DNA of 64,000 nt from Antedon mediterranea (Eukaryota; Animalia; Echinodermata). Under the pieces are notes generated by a model. That model did no database searches and had not been told where the DNA came from. It was given only the letters and a program-made list of their open reading frames with translations. Shown here one piece after another: positions 46,160-58,930 of this stretch. The position numbers and the translations under genes were made by a program. The stretch is from the NCBI RefSeq assembly GCF_964355755.1, contig NC_092678.1, forward strand, positions 11,220,352 to 11,284,351, given 5' to 3'. Each line of letters begins with the position of its first letter. The first letter of the stretch is position 1.

Positions 46160-47456
46160 ATCGTGTGTGTGATGAAGAGGAACGCGACAGCAGCAACTGT
46201 TGCCGTGTGTTTCGAGGAACGGGTGAGTGCCTAGCCCTGGTGGGCCTAGGCGGTAGGCCTACTAGTACTAGACTAGAGGAAGGCTTGGATGGGCAGGACT
46301 TTAACGTCGAAGAAACCTAGGCCTAGTCTAGGCGGATCGTTTAGGCTAGGCTGTCTTTTCAATTCATTCATGGTAGTTTTTAACTTTTGTAGCCTAGGCT
46401 AGGCCTGGTTTAAATTAATGTTAAGCCTAGCTAGCTTATACTATAGTGTAGCCCTACTAGCTAGAAATAGAAGAGTGTAGCAGTAGGCTAGTAGTAAGCC
46501 TAGATAGTAAAATAGGCCTGGCCCTAGTAGTAGTAGTAGCAGGTAGCCTACTATACTACTACTAGTACTACTAGTACTAGGCGGGATGAAGCAAGCAAGT
46601 AAATGCTAGCTAACATTCAATTATTAATCAATGTTATACATGTACATTTTAATTTATAAATACATTTTTACAATGTAAAAAACAGTAAAAATACTGCCAG
46701 ATTACTAAAAAGTTTAACAATATTAATATTTATTTTAACTTGTTTCTTGAAAGAAAAATGTATATTTAAAGTTAAATTTTAATATTAATGTACTACTAGA
46801 TACTATATCTATTTATATCATAGAAGATTAATGTGACCATTGTAGCATCTCTTTTACTGTAAATAGTGTTATAACTACCTACTACTAGACCTATAAAATA
46901 GATTGTGAAGTAATTATTGGTCGTGTTGTATTTAAAAAAAAAAAAAATTAATTATGGTATAATTAATATTCATATCATCACACTCGTCAGAACAAGTGCA
47001 TAGGTGTGTTATTTGTATACATGTTGCAGACTTCTATATAGAATATTTTATGATTTTTTTTCTTTTTACCATAGGGTAATAAAAATCTGCTGTACCAAAA
47101 CACTTTCCTGACCTTGATTGGACTTGCAGTTGATAATGCCGTAAGGACTTGTGATTTTACCCAAGAAATTTAAATACATTTTCAGGTAAATGGATTTATA
47201 ATATCAAAATGTCCTACAATAAAACCTGGTGAATAAGAATGTTTAGTTTTATTTATATGATATTAAGAGAAACTGTGGCTGATATAATACTTTTGTTTTT
47301 TGGTGCTCAATCTAGTTCCTGGTTGACATTTAATATTTGTTTGTTCTTTTTAGAGTGTATGGTAGCTGAATTATTTTGTCTTCCATAGCTTGTTGGCTCC
47401 TTAACAAACTGCAGCATCTGTTGAAAACAAATTTGCAAAGATACAAAAATATCAAG
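46160..47456 (+). other. Putative spliced non-coding or 5'-UTR exons
   Basis: Donor GG/GTGAGT at 46223; acceptor TTTTTACCATAG (47074) with donor CAG/GTAAAT (47186); acceptor TTCTTTTTAG (47353); no long ORF. Confidence 0.4.
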
Positions 47457-47589
47457 GTGCAAGATGTTGTATATTTGTCTGTTACTCTACAGTATTATTT
47501 AATCGGGTCAATTTATGTACAATATCTTTTATTCACATATTATAAATATTAATATAACACACTATCAAGGAAAAATTATTATTATATAT

Positions 47590-47733
47590 ATTTTGGTTCC
47601 ATGTGATGAACACTAATAAAATCAAGCTTATTTGAGCAATTGAATGCTGTTTAATTAAACAGCATTCAATTGCTTAAATAGACTTGATTTTTCTTGTTTG
47701 AGTTTACTTTAGTTCCGTGTGATGAACACTAAT
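47590..47733. repeat. Satellite B proximal remnant
   Basis: Same monomer as the 52312-57070 array. Confidence 0.85.
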
Positions 47734-48240
47734 TGCACGACGGAAGAAGATCTACACCAAGGGATAAGCGATTATGAACAGATGATCAATGACGTCAAAT
47801 CAAAATCACCAACAACAAATGTGATTTTGTCCACCACATGCCCTCGTACTGATAAACTGGAACACCAGGAGAGAGTTGTTCGAATGAACAATAGCATTAA
47901 GGAAATTGCAACGAAAACAAATGTTCAAGTAATTGATAATGATGAGACCTTCTTGCTGAGAAATGGATCTACTGCTCAATGGAACCTAAATGGTGGTGGA
48001 TTACACCTATCGAGATCAGGAACGAGACTACTCCTCAGCAACATGAACGCAACCCATCCCATCATAAAACCAGCGTCTACCAGATCAAATATCAAACAGT
48101 CACGAGGCCACTATGAACGTCATAACAAGGCTCGTCACCATCGACACTTTGAACACCAGCAAAACCCTCGTTTCAACAACAACAACAGACACGACTATGG
48201 TTTACAGGACTACAGCCCTGCCCAGGATCGTCAAGCATAG
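47734..48240 (+). pseudogene. Truncated ORF1 with SGNH esterase C-terminal half
   Basis: ILSTTCPRTD...IDNDETF...GGLHLSRSG. Confidence 0.75.
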
Positions 48241-48273
48241 GGACGCGCAAGCAACAATACAGCGGGAATAACT

Positions 48274-51200
48274 ATGAAAAACAGTTTTGGGGGACTTACA
48301 GATGAACTTAATAATTCAATAACTGATTTACAGATAGAAACTGATAAAATAAACTCTGATTATAGCTCAAATAATGCAAGTGATTCTAAAAGAAGAAAAC
48401 ACAGACGACGTGGAAAGAAATATGGTAGATCAAAAACAAGCAAGTGTAGTAATATTAAAATAGTATTTAATAATATCAATAGGTTAACGTCTGTTAGACT
48501 CAATGAGATTGCTCATTTAATCAAAGAGAATAATATTCAGGTTTTTGGCGTTGCAGAAACCTTTCTAACTAATGATAATAATATTAATATAGATGGTTAT
48601 AATTGGTTTGGTAAATGTAGAAAACACAAGCGAGGAGGGGGTGTAGGTGCCTTTGTTGCGAAAGATATTACTATTTTAGATGACAATGTTTTTAATTGTA
48701 ATTCCGATGAATACGAAAGAATTTGGGTAAAAGTGTGTTTTGATTCAAACACACCAGTGTATATATCGGTAGTATATTATCCTGTTAATGGAGTTGACAG
48801 TGAGAAATCAGATGAATTGACTAATCAATTATTATCAGAAGTTATCCAATTAGAAAATAATGCAGAAAATCATGAGCCTCTCATTCTGATAATGGGGGAC
48901 TTTAATGGTAGAATTGGTCATGAAATTGCTAATGGTGATCCACAGGTTAATAGTAATGGTAAGCGCTTACTACAATTTAAGGATGATTCAAATATGTTTA
49001 TTTTAAACTGTAGTCCTTTATGTGAAGGGGTGGTTACTTGGTGCAAGGGTAATCAGAAAAGCACCATTGATTACATACTTTGTTCTCAAAATATGTTGAA
49101 TAATGTAGTAAAGTTCATTGTTGATGAAGACAGAAAGCTAGGCACAGGAAGTGATCACAATAGCCTTTTGTTAGAATTAGATACTACCCTAATCACTCCT
49201 GTCAATCATCATTCTTATGCTAATCATGTATGGAATACTGCAGGTATTCAGGATTTTATTAAGTATCAAGAAAATATTGAAAACAACTTTTCCAACTGGA
49301 ATGCTGATGGCTTTAATAATGTTGATAACTTGTGGGAATCCTGGAAATCTATTGTTGTTTCTTCAGCTAAGGATGGTATTGGTATTAAGAAATTAAGTAA
49401 AAAACGTAAACATTGGTTTGATAATGAAGTTCAAAAAGCAATAGCAGAACGAAGAGAGGCTGCTCGTGCTCATAGACGCTCAGTTAAATTAGATCCCAAT
49501 TGTGCTCACACAGATAATCTGTGGCAATATTATCAAGAAAAAAGGATACATGCCAAAAAAGTTATATCTAAGAAAATTACTGAAACTAGGGTAAATAAAT
49601 CGGTAGAGATTGCTAATAAAGGAGGACCATCCTGTAGGGACTTTTGGAACATATTAAAAGGGTCTAATGACAAACATAGTAAATCAGGCATTAATTGTGT
49701 AAAAATCCCAGAATCAGATGAAACTACTTGTGATAAAGGAAAAATACTTTATTTTGTTAAAGAGTATTGGGAGAACTTAGGTAAGGCTAATAACGATTAT
49801 GATTGTTTTACTTATTTAACGAAGCGGGCGGTTGATGAGATGCGTTCTAATACATTAGGTAATAATAACGATGACGAAAATTTACTATGTGACATTAATA
49901 TAGACCTTGATATAATCATTGAGGCACTTGCAATCGCTAAAAATAATAAAGCTCCGGGAGTTGATGGAATAACCAATGAGCTTTTAAAAAATGGTGGAGA
50001 CGCTTTAGCGGCATCACTCGTTTGTTTATTTAATAAAATTATCAAATTAGAAACAATTCCAAGTGAGTGGAATATGAGTATCGTTGTACCAATATTTAAA
50101 AAAGGAGATCGTAAAGACCTAAATAATTATAGAGGCATCTCATTAACATCTTGTGTTTCCAAAATATTTAATAGAGTAATCTCAATGTATATATCTTGCT
50201 TTGTTGAAAAAGAAAATGTACTTTCGGAAGTCCAGGGAGGCTTTAGAGCCTATCACCGTTGTGAAGATCACATCTTTACATTGAAAAGCATTTTATCTTG
50301 TCGTTCAATTGAAGGTAAAACTACACATCTAGCTTTCCTGGACTTCCGAAAAGCATTTGATAGTGTATGGCGTGATGGTCTCCTAAAATGTGCCTGGGAT
50401 ACGGGAGTTAGAGGGAAAATTTGGAAAATAATAAGCTCACTATATGACAATGTTAAAGCAAAAGTAAAAGTGGGGGAAAGCATGACTAATGAGTTTAATA
50501 TCCACAAAGGAGTAAAACAAGGGTGTGTACTCTCACCAATTTTATTTTCTATATTTATTAATGAATTTGTTAAACTTCTTCGTGAAAGCAACTTCGGGGT
50601 AAGAATGAATGGTGTCTGGATGGGAGGGCTCTTCTGGGCTGATGATGTTATATTGATTGCTAATAATGAAAGGGAAATGACTGAAATGTTAGAAATTGCC
50701 AATATATTCGCCAAAGAATGGAAACTTGGTTTTAATCATGAAAAATCAAATGTCATGGTTGTTGGAAAACGCATAAATAAAGATAAAGAGTGGAAATTAG
50801 GTGAAAAATCGATAAAAGAAGTAAATAGTTATAAATATTTAGGGGTCTATATTTCCTCAAACATGAGTGAACATTCACATTATGAACATGTTATCCAAAA
50901 GGGCAACCGGCTTATAGCTTATATCAAAGGTATCATAGCTAACCTTGATGACTTTAACCGGGTGTACTATGGAAACATACTGTGGAAAACCATTGCAATT
51001 CCTTCAATAAATTATGCTTGTAGCATTTGGTATAATAAATCCAAGAAGGATAACGAAGACCTAGAGAAAGTGCAATTGCAAATGGCCCGCTTTCTTCTCA
51101 AAGCTCCACGGTATACTCCAAAAGAGGCACTCTATGGTGACCTTGGGTGGGTTCCATTATCCAAGTTACACAAACTGTCCAGAGTTAAATTATTTAATCG

Positions 51201-51927
51201 TTTTATAACTATGGATGACCACAGGTGGCCTAATATTGTACTTAATTCTATGCTACAATTGAAATGTGACTTTGATCGTTTAAAATATAAATTTCTTAGT
51301 AGTTGTGTTGACATATTTGAAAAATGTACAGATATAGGCTTTTACAACAATGTTTTTGATAATGATAGTTTAACTCTTGTTCCTTTCTCAGTTAGCAATG
51401 TCGAGCGATGTTTGTCAGAATCATATAAATCAGAGTGGTCAAATAATATAATGCAAAAAACCTCATTAAATTTATACTCAAAATTGAAACCTTTCCCTAA
51501 TTTAGAAAAATATTTACTTGATAAAACACATTTTTATGAGACAAGTCTGAAATTTAAATTAAGATCTAACACTCTACCTTTAGATTGTAAAACTTATAAA
51601 TGGTCCAATGATGTGTCCGGTCTTTGTACTTTATGTGGGAATGGCGAAATCGAAGACATTAAACATTTTTTATTAAACTGTAAAGCATTTGATAATATTA
51701 GAATGAAAGAATTATCCAATCTACAAAATAATCTTGTACTCTGTAATGATTATGACACATGGAATCGTTACACAACAGCAACTGCTGATGATAAATTACA
51801 GTATATTTTAGGTGGAGATTCTATCGCGATTTGTAAAGAATCTGAGACCTTTTTTGATTTGTTTTGTAAACAATACACAAGAGCTGCATGGGAGAAACGG
51901 TCAGAACTTAAATCTCCCAATATATAG
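48274..51927 (+). CDS. LINE ORF2: AP endonuclease, RT, C-terminal CCHC finger (1217 aa, uninterrupted)
   Basis: AETFL, GDFNG, TIDY, SDHN, KAPGVDG, NYRGISL, DFRKAFD, GVKQG, WADD, YKYLG, CTLC..EDIKHFLLNC. Confidence 0.95.
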   Translation: MKNSFGGLTDELNNSITDLQIETDKINSDYSSNNASDSKRRKHRRRGKKYGRSKTSKCSNIKIVFNNINRLTSVRLNEIAHLIKENNIQVFGVAETFLTNDNNINIDGYNWFGKCRKHKRGGGVGAFVAKDITILDDNVFNCNSDEYERIWVKVCFDSNTPVYISVVYYPVNGVDSEKSDELTNQLLSEVIQLENNAENHEPLILIMGDFNGRIGHEIANGDPQVNSNGKRLLQFKDDSNMFILNCSPLCEGVVTWCKGNQKSTIDYILCSQNMLNNVVKFIVDEDRKLGTGSDHNSLLLELDTTLITPVNHHSYANHVWNTAGIQDFIKYQENIENNFSNWNADGFNNVDNLWESWKSIVVSSAKDGIGIKKLSKKRKHWFDNEVQKAIAERREAARAHRRSVKLDPNCAHTDNLWQYYQEKRIHAKKVISKKITETRVNKSVEIANKGGPSCRDFWNILKGSNDKHSKSGINCVKIPESDETTCDKGKILYFVKEYWENLGKANNDYDCFTYLTKRAVDEMRSNTLGNNNDDENLLCDINIDLDIIIEALAIAKNNKAPGVDGITNELLKNGGDALAASLVCLFNKIIKLETIPSEWNMSIVVPIFKKGDRKDLNNYRGISLTSCVSKIFNRVISMYISCFVEKENVLSEVQGGFRAYHRCEDHIFTLKSILSCRSIEGKTTHLAFLDFRKAFDSVWRDGLLKCAWDTGVRGKIWKIISSLYDNVKAKVKVGESMTNEFNIHKGVKQGCVLSPILFSIFINEFVKLLRESNFGVRMNGVWMGGLFWADDVILIANNEREMTEMLEIANIFAKEWKLGFNHEKSNVMVVGKRINKDKEWKLGEKSIKEVNSYKYLGVYISSNMSEHSHYEHVIQKGNRLIAYIKGIIANLDDFNRVYYGNILWKTIAIPSINYACSIWYNKSKKDNEDLEKVQLQMARFLLKAPRYTPKEALYGDLGWVPLSKLHKLSRVKLFNRFITMDDHRWPNIVLNSMLQLKCDFDRLKYKFLSSCVDIFEKCTDIGFYNNVFDNDSLTLVPFSVSNVERCLSESYKSEWSNNIMQKTSLNLYSKLKPFPNLEKYLLDKTHFYETSLKFKLRSNTLPLDCKTYKWSNDVSGLCTLCGNGEIEDIKHFLLNCKAFDNIRMKELSNLQNNLVLCNDYDTWNRYTTATADDKLQYILGGDSIAICKESETFFDLFCKQYTRAAWEKRSELKSPNI

Positions 51928-52311
51928 ATTGTTTTTCTTTTGTATTGTTGCTTTTATATATTTGTATTTAGATTTGTAAATAGTATACACCTGTGATAAC
52001 AACTATAGGTCTTCGGTACCTGATGTTGAAACACAATGGTTTGTAATGTAAACTCTTTACTATATTTTATGTTTATTTTTATATACCTCTTTATCAACTC
52101 AAACCTATGATACCGTAGGACAATTTAATACAGTACCTATATTACCATGTTGGTATTGATTTTTCTTTTATATTTTTGCAAATAGTTTAAGAACCTGTAT
52201 CCGTCATATAATGTATTGTTTTGATGTATTATGTTAAATTGGATGCACCACTTCTGTGTGTGCCACCGATGCAAAGGTGTCATTTCCTAATAAATTATTA
52301 TTATTATTATT

Positions 52312-55300
52312 ACTAATAATTTCATTCAATAAAATTAAATTTAAAGGTACAGTTACGTAATTTCTGTGATTTTCCTTGAGAGCGTGTTTATTTAATTAAA
52401 CAGCATTCAATTGCTTAAATAGACTTGATTTTTTCTTGTTTGAGTTTACTTTAGTTCTATGTGATGAACACTAATAATTTCATTTAATAAAAATAAATTT
52501 AAAGGTACAGTTACGTAATTTATGTGATTTTTCTTGAGAGCGTGTTTTTTATTTAAACCACATTCAATTGCTTAAATAGACCTGGTTTTTTCTTTTTTGA
52601 GTTTACTTTAGTTCTATGTGATGAACACTAATAATTTAATTCAATAAAAATAAATTTAAAGGTACAGTTACGTAATTTATGTGATTTTTCTTGAGAGCGT
52701 GTTTTTTAATTAAACAGCATTCAATTGCTTAAATAGACCTGGTTTTTTCTTGTTTGAGTTTACTTTAGTTCTATGTGATGAACACTAATAATTTAATTCA
52801 ATAAAAATAAATTTAAAGGTACAGTTACGTAATTTATGTGATTTTTCTTGAGAGCGTGTTTTTTAATTAAACAGCATTCAATTGCTTAAATAGACCTGAT
52901 TTTTTCTTGTTTAAGTTTACTTTAGTTCCATGTGATGAACACTAATAATTTCATTCAATAAAAATAAATTTAAAGGTACAGTTACGTAGTTTCTGTGATT
53001 TTTCTTGAGAGCGTGTTTTTTAATTAAACAGCATTCAATTGCTAAAATAGACCTGATTTTTTCTTGTTTAAGTTTACTTTAGTTCTATGTGATGAACACT
53101 AATAATTTAATTCAATAAAAATAAATTTAAAGGTACAGTTACGTAGTTTCTGTGATTTTTCTTGAGAGCGTGTTTTTTAATTAAACAGCATTCAATTGCT
53201 TAAATAGACCTGATTTTTTCTTGTTTTAGTTTACTTTAGTTCCATGTGATGAACACTAATAATTTCATTTAATAAAAATAAATTTAAAGGTACAGTTACG
53301 TAATTTATGTGATTTTTCTTGAGAGCGTGTTTTTTAATTAAACCACATTCAATTGCGTAAATAGACCTGGTTTTTTCTTTTTTGAGTTTACTTTATTTCT
53401 ATGTGATGAACACTAATAATTTAATTCAATAAAAATAAATTTAAAGGTACAGTTACGTAATTTATGTGATTTTTCTTGAGAGCGTGTTTTTTAATTAAAC
53501 AGCATTCAATTGCTTAAATAGACCTGTTTTTTTCTGGTTTGAGTTTACTTTAGTTCTATGTGATGAACACTAATAATTTAATTCAATAAAAATAAATTTA
53601 AAGGTACAGTTACGTAGTTTCTGTGATTTTTCTTGAGAGCGTGTTTTTTAATTAAACAGCATTCAATTGCTTAAATAGACCTGGTTTTTTCTTGTTTGAG
53701 TTTACTTTAGTTCTATGTGATGAACACTAATAATCTAATTCAATAAAAATAAATTTAAAGGTACAGTTACGTAATTTATGTGATTTTTCTTGAGAGCGTG
53801 TTTTTTAATTAAACAGCATTCAATTGCTTAAATAGACCTGGTTTTTTCTTGTTTGAGTTTACTTTAGTTCTATGTGATGAACACTAATAATTTAATTCAA
53901 TAAAAATAAATTTAAAGGTACAGTTACGTAGTTTCTGTGATTTTTCTTGAGAGCGTGTTTTTTAATTAAACAGCATTCAATTGCTAAAATAGACCTGATT
54001 TTTTCTTGTTTAAGTTTACTTTAGTTCCAACACTAATAATTTCATTCAATAAAAATAAATTTAAAGGTACAGTTACGTAGTTTCTGTGATTTTTCTTGAG
54101 AGCGTGTTTTTTAATTAAACAGCATTCAATTGCTAAAATAGACCTGATTTTTTCTTGTTTAAGTTTACTTTAGTTCCATGTGATGAACACTAATAATTTC
54201 ATTCAATAAAATTAAATTTAAAGGTACAGTTACGTAATTTCTGTGATTTTCCTTGAGAGCGTGTTTTTTAATTAAACAGCATTCAATTGCTTAAATAGAC
54301 CTGGTTTTTTCTTGTTTGAGTTTACTTTAGTTCTATGTGATGAACACTAATAATTTAATTCAATAAAAATAAATTTAAAGGTACAGTTACGTAATTTATG
54401 TGATTTTTCTTGAGAGCGTGTTTTTTAATTAAACAGCATTCAATTGCTTAAATAGACCTGGTTTTTTCTTGTTTGAGTTTACTTTAGTTCTATGTGGTGA
54501 ACACTAATAATTTAATTCAATAAAAATAAATTTAAAGGTACAGTTACGTAGTTTCTGTGATTTTTCTTGAGAGCGTGTTTTTTTAATTAAACAGCATTCA
54601 ATTGCTTAAATAGACCTGGTTTTTTCTTGTTTGAGTTTACTTTAGTTCTATGTGATGAACACTAATAATTTAATTCAATAAAAATAAATTTAAAGGTACA
54701 GTTACGTAATTTATGTGATTTTTCTTGAGAGCGTGTTTTTTAATTAAACAGCATTCAATTGCTTAAATAGACCTGGTTTTTTCTTGTTTGAGTTTACTTT
54801 AGTTCTATGTGATGAACACTAATAATTTAATTCAATAAAAATAAATTTAAAGGTACAGTTACGTAGTTTCTGTGATTTTTCTTGAGAGCGTGTTTTTTAA
54901 TTAAACAGCATTCAATTGCTTAAATAGACCTGATTTTTTCTTGTTTTAGTTTACTTTAGTTCCATGTGATGAACACTAATAATTTCATTTAATAAAAATA
55001 AATTTAAAGGTACAGTTACGTAATTTATGTGATTTTTCTTGAGAGCGTGTTTTTTAATTAAACCACATTCAATTGCGTAAATAGACCTGGTTTTTTCTTT
55101 TTTGAGTTTACTTTATTTCTATGTGATGAACACTAATAATTTAATTCAATAAAAATAAATTTAAAGGTACAGTTACGTAATTTATGTGATTTTTCTTGAG
55201 AGCGTGTTTTTTAATTAAACAGCATTCAATTGCTTAAATAGACCTGGTTTTTTCTGGTTTGAGTTTACTTTAGTTCTATGTGATGAACACTAATAATTTA

Positions 55301-57070
55301 ATTCAATAAAAATAAATTTAAAGGTACAGTTACGTAGTTTCTGTGATTTTTCTTGAGAGCGTGTTTTTTAATTAAACAGCATTCAATTGCTTAAATAGAC
55401 CTGGTTTTTTCTTGTTTGAGTTTACTTTAGTTCTATGTGATGAACACTAATAATTTAATTCAATAAAAATAAATTTAAAGGTACAGTTACGTAGTTTCTG
55501 TGATTTTTCTTGAGAGTGTGTTTTTTAATTAAACAGCATTCAATTGCTTAAATAGACCTGATTTTTTCTTGTTTTAGTTTACTTTAGTTCCATGTGATGA
55601 ACACTAATAATTTCATTTAATAAAAATAAATTTAAAGGTACAGTTACGTAATTTATGTGATTTTTCTTGAGAGCGTGTTTTTTAATTAAACCACATTCAA
55701 TTGCTTAAATAGACCTCGTTTTTTCTTTTTTGAGTTTACTTTAGTTCTATGTGATGAACACTAATAATTTAATTCAATAAAAATAAATTTAAAGGTACAG
55801 TTACGTAATTTATGTGATTTTTCTTGAGAGCGTGTTTTTTAATTAAACAGCATTCAATTGCTTAAATAGACCTGATTTTTTCTTTTTTGAGTTTACTTTA
55901 GTTCTATGTGATGAACACTAATAATTTAATTCAATAAAAATAAATTTAAAGGTACAGTTACGTAATTTATGTGATTTTTCTTGAGAGCGTGTTTTTTAAT
56001 TAAACAGCATTCAATTGCTTAAATAGACCTGGTTTTTTCTTGTTTGAGTTTACTTTAGTTCTATGTGATGAACACTAATAATTTAATTCAATAAAAATAA
56101 ATTTAAAGGTACAGTTACGTAGTTTCTGTGATTTTTCTTGAGAGCGTGTTTTTTAATTAAACAGCATTCAATTGCTTAAATAGACCTGGTTTTTTCTTGT
56201 TTGAGTTTACTTTAGTTCTATGTGATGAACACTAATAATTTAATTCAATAAAAATAAATTTAAAGGTACAGTTACGTAATTTATGTGATTTTTCTTGAGA
56301 GCGTGTTTTTTAATTAAACAGCATTCAATTGCTTAAATAGACCTGATTTTTTCTTTTTTGAGTTTACTTTAGTTCTATGTGATGAACACTAATAATTTAA
56401 TTCAATAAAAATAAATTTAAAGGTACAGTTACGTAATTTATGTGATTTTTCTTGAGAGCGTGTTTTTTAATTAAACAGCATTCAATTGCTTAAATAGACC
56501 TGATTTTTTCTTTTTTGAGTTTACTTTAGTTCCATGTGATGAACACTAATAATTTCATTCAGTAAAAATAAATTTAAAAGTACAGTTACGTAATTTCTGT
56601 GATTTTTCTTGAGAGCGTGTTTTTTAATTAAACAGCATTCAATTGCTTAAATAGACCTGATTTTTTCTTGTTTAAGTTTACTTTAGTTCTATGTGATGAA
56701 CACTAATAATTTAATTCAATAAAAATCAATTTAAAGATACAGTTACGTTGTTTCTGTGATTTTTCTTGAGAGCGTGTTTTTTAATTAAACAGCATTCAAT
56801 TGCTTAAATAGACCTGATTTTTTCTTGTTTGAGTTTACTTTAGTTCCATGTGATGAACACTAATAATTTCATTTAATAAAAATAAATTTAAAGGTACAGC
56901 ATTCAATTGCTTAAATAGACTTGATTTTATCTTGTTTGACTTTACTTTAGTTCTATGTGATGAACACTAATAAATTCATTCAATAAAAATAAATTTAAAG
57001 GTACAGTTATACAATTTCTGTGATTTTTCCCTGAGAGCGTGTTTTTTTTAGTTAAATATCATTCAATTCA
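52312..57070. repeat. Satellite B: 157-bp tandem array, about 30 copies
   Basis: GTGATGAACAC at 52461, 52618, 52775 and onward; highly homogeneous. Confidence 0.97.
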
Positions 57071-58840
57071 AATCCCCATTTTGTAACCACCATGAGTTCG
57101 GGTCCATTTAAACAAGCTGGGCAAGCTGTAAATTGTATTAATCCACTATGTATGTATGCGTATTGTTTGTATTACATAATATGCAATAGTTTTGTAATTA
57201 ATCGATACCATTAATTCCAACAAACAAATGGTAGGGCTACTTAAAATTATTTATGTGGTCCATAGTTACCAACCGTCTCGCATCGTTCGGGACGGTCCCG
57301 CATTTCAAGTGATTTTAATGAAACACGCGTTTAAACCTAAGTAGGCCTATATACGATGCGTTATCATTTTTTAACACAAGTTGAGAGGAAAATGCATTCA
57401 AATTAATTGGTATATTTTAAAAGTATAGAACATTACACGAGTAGGCCTATTTATATTATTACATCATGACACATCAATAAAATACGTAATATCAGGGAAA
57501 GTTACAATTAATGTGTCCGTGGTCGTTCGCCGTGACGAGGATGGGCCTATAACCACTTGACGTTTGTCATGATCGCAATTACACATGACATGATTTTGTG
57601 TGCGTTTATAAAAGGTAAACCCAATTTTCTTGCTATTGGTTGGTGGATCAGTTCAATTTTCACCCTCCAAAAAATGTTTTTTAATAAAATAAATTCATGA
57701 ATCAGCATGAAAAACGTTGAATTAACAAAAAAAAGAGTAATATACAATCTAATAATATTTGCATCGTTTACCGTACCGGAATCAAGAGGTGCCATTCATC
57801 ATGAATTTTACGTGCGAGAGTAATATTTCCGGCCATAGGAGTGCCAGTGAACTAAATTTGTTTCCGTCGCAAGTCGCCACGAGGGGGTGGGGGCTGTAAA
57901 TACTTTGTGTCCGATCACGCATTTTAAATCTCTCAGGTTGGTACGGTAAGTATGGTGGTCATCGTTAAATTGGCTGTTATTACAACAATTAAATACTTTT
58001 AAGTATTTAATTGTATGTATTAAAATAAGTACAACAAAACAAACTCGCTTTAAAAATAACAAAAATTGCATATTTAACTTGGGACTTTGTTTATGTTTAA
58101 TTTTAGGTTTGTTATATTGGAACAAAATTAGAGCAATAAAAAGAGCATGTTAAAAAGATGAATCTGTCATTGAGTAAGATGAAACTTAAATTGAATTAAA
58201 ACCGATTTTCTTAATAATCATACTTAGAGATGCAAATCATCAAAATAATATTTATATGAAATTTAAACACTTTTATAGCCTATGCATGTACGCCTGTGCC
58301 ATGTTATGCTTTAAAAAAAATTATCTAGTATAGTATGACCCGTGCCGGGTATTTTCTTTTTAATACCGTCGATGGAAAATTGCCTTGATCATTTTGAATT
58401 TATATCTCCATATTTTGACCTTGTGTTATTTCTTGTATACGGCAATTGAAATAAAACCTTAAATCATACTACAAAAATACACCGTAATTTATAAAAGTAG
58501 AAATGTGAAAGAAAACACGAGAGAGAAAAGAAAACAAACTTTACAGTAGGTTTCTACAATATACAGCAAATAGTATCTTTGAATACAGTTAAAAATCCAC
58601 GGAATAAAATATATAGAGGGCAGCAATCAGGAAATCGTTTGTATATACCTGCAGTTTTTCAATATTTATTATAAATTTGACCGCAATTACCCACAGTAAA
58701 ATGGAATAGCCCGTGCTATTCTTTAACAGGCAATACCTCAAGACAAATACAATATATGTATGACTAACTCTCAGCGACGTGCTGCATGCAGCAAACCGCA
58801 ATTGGTAGAATTGGAACATGAGTTGTTCAATTCAATGGCC

Positions 58841-58930
58841 TAATTTGACCAATCAGAGCACTGAGAGCACTGATGACGTCACTACAGTGTTCAAATTGTT
58901 GAACAATCAGAGCACTGGAAAGTGACGTAA
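58841..58930 (+). promoter_or_regulatory. Putative Pol II promoter with duplicated CCAAT-like + CRE module
   Basis: CCAATCAGAGCACTG..TGACGTCA (58874) then ACAATCAGAGCACTG..TGACGTAA, upstream of donor-like sites and the spliced pseudogene. Confidence 0.5.

Larger units (their letters stand above)
47734..52311 (+). mobile_element. RTEX-like LINE, 5'-truncated in ORF1, with intact ORF2 and (ATT)n tail
   Basis: TSD ACTAAT (47728-47733 / 52312-52317) in satellite B; esterase ORF1 plus APE-RT-zinc finger ORF2. Confidence 0.88.

Noticed and set aside
52312-57070. Tandem C/D-box snoRNA cluster (GTGATGA ... CTGA in the monomer)
   Set aside because: Many monomers have CTGG instead of CTGA, and I see no terminal stem or rRNA guide; it behaves as an ordinary satellite.
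57261-57310. CATAGTTACCAACCGTC..., a hAT-like terminus
   Set aside because: No partner inverted repeat located.
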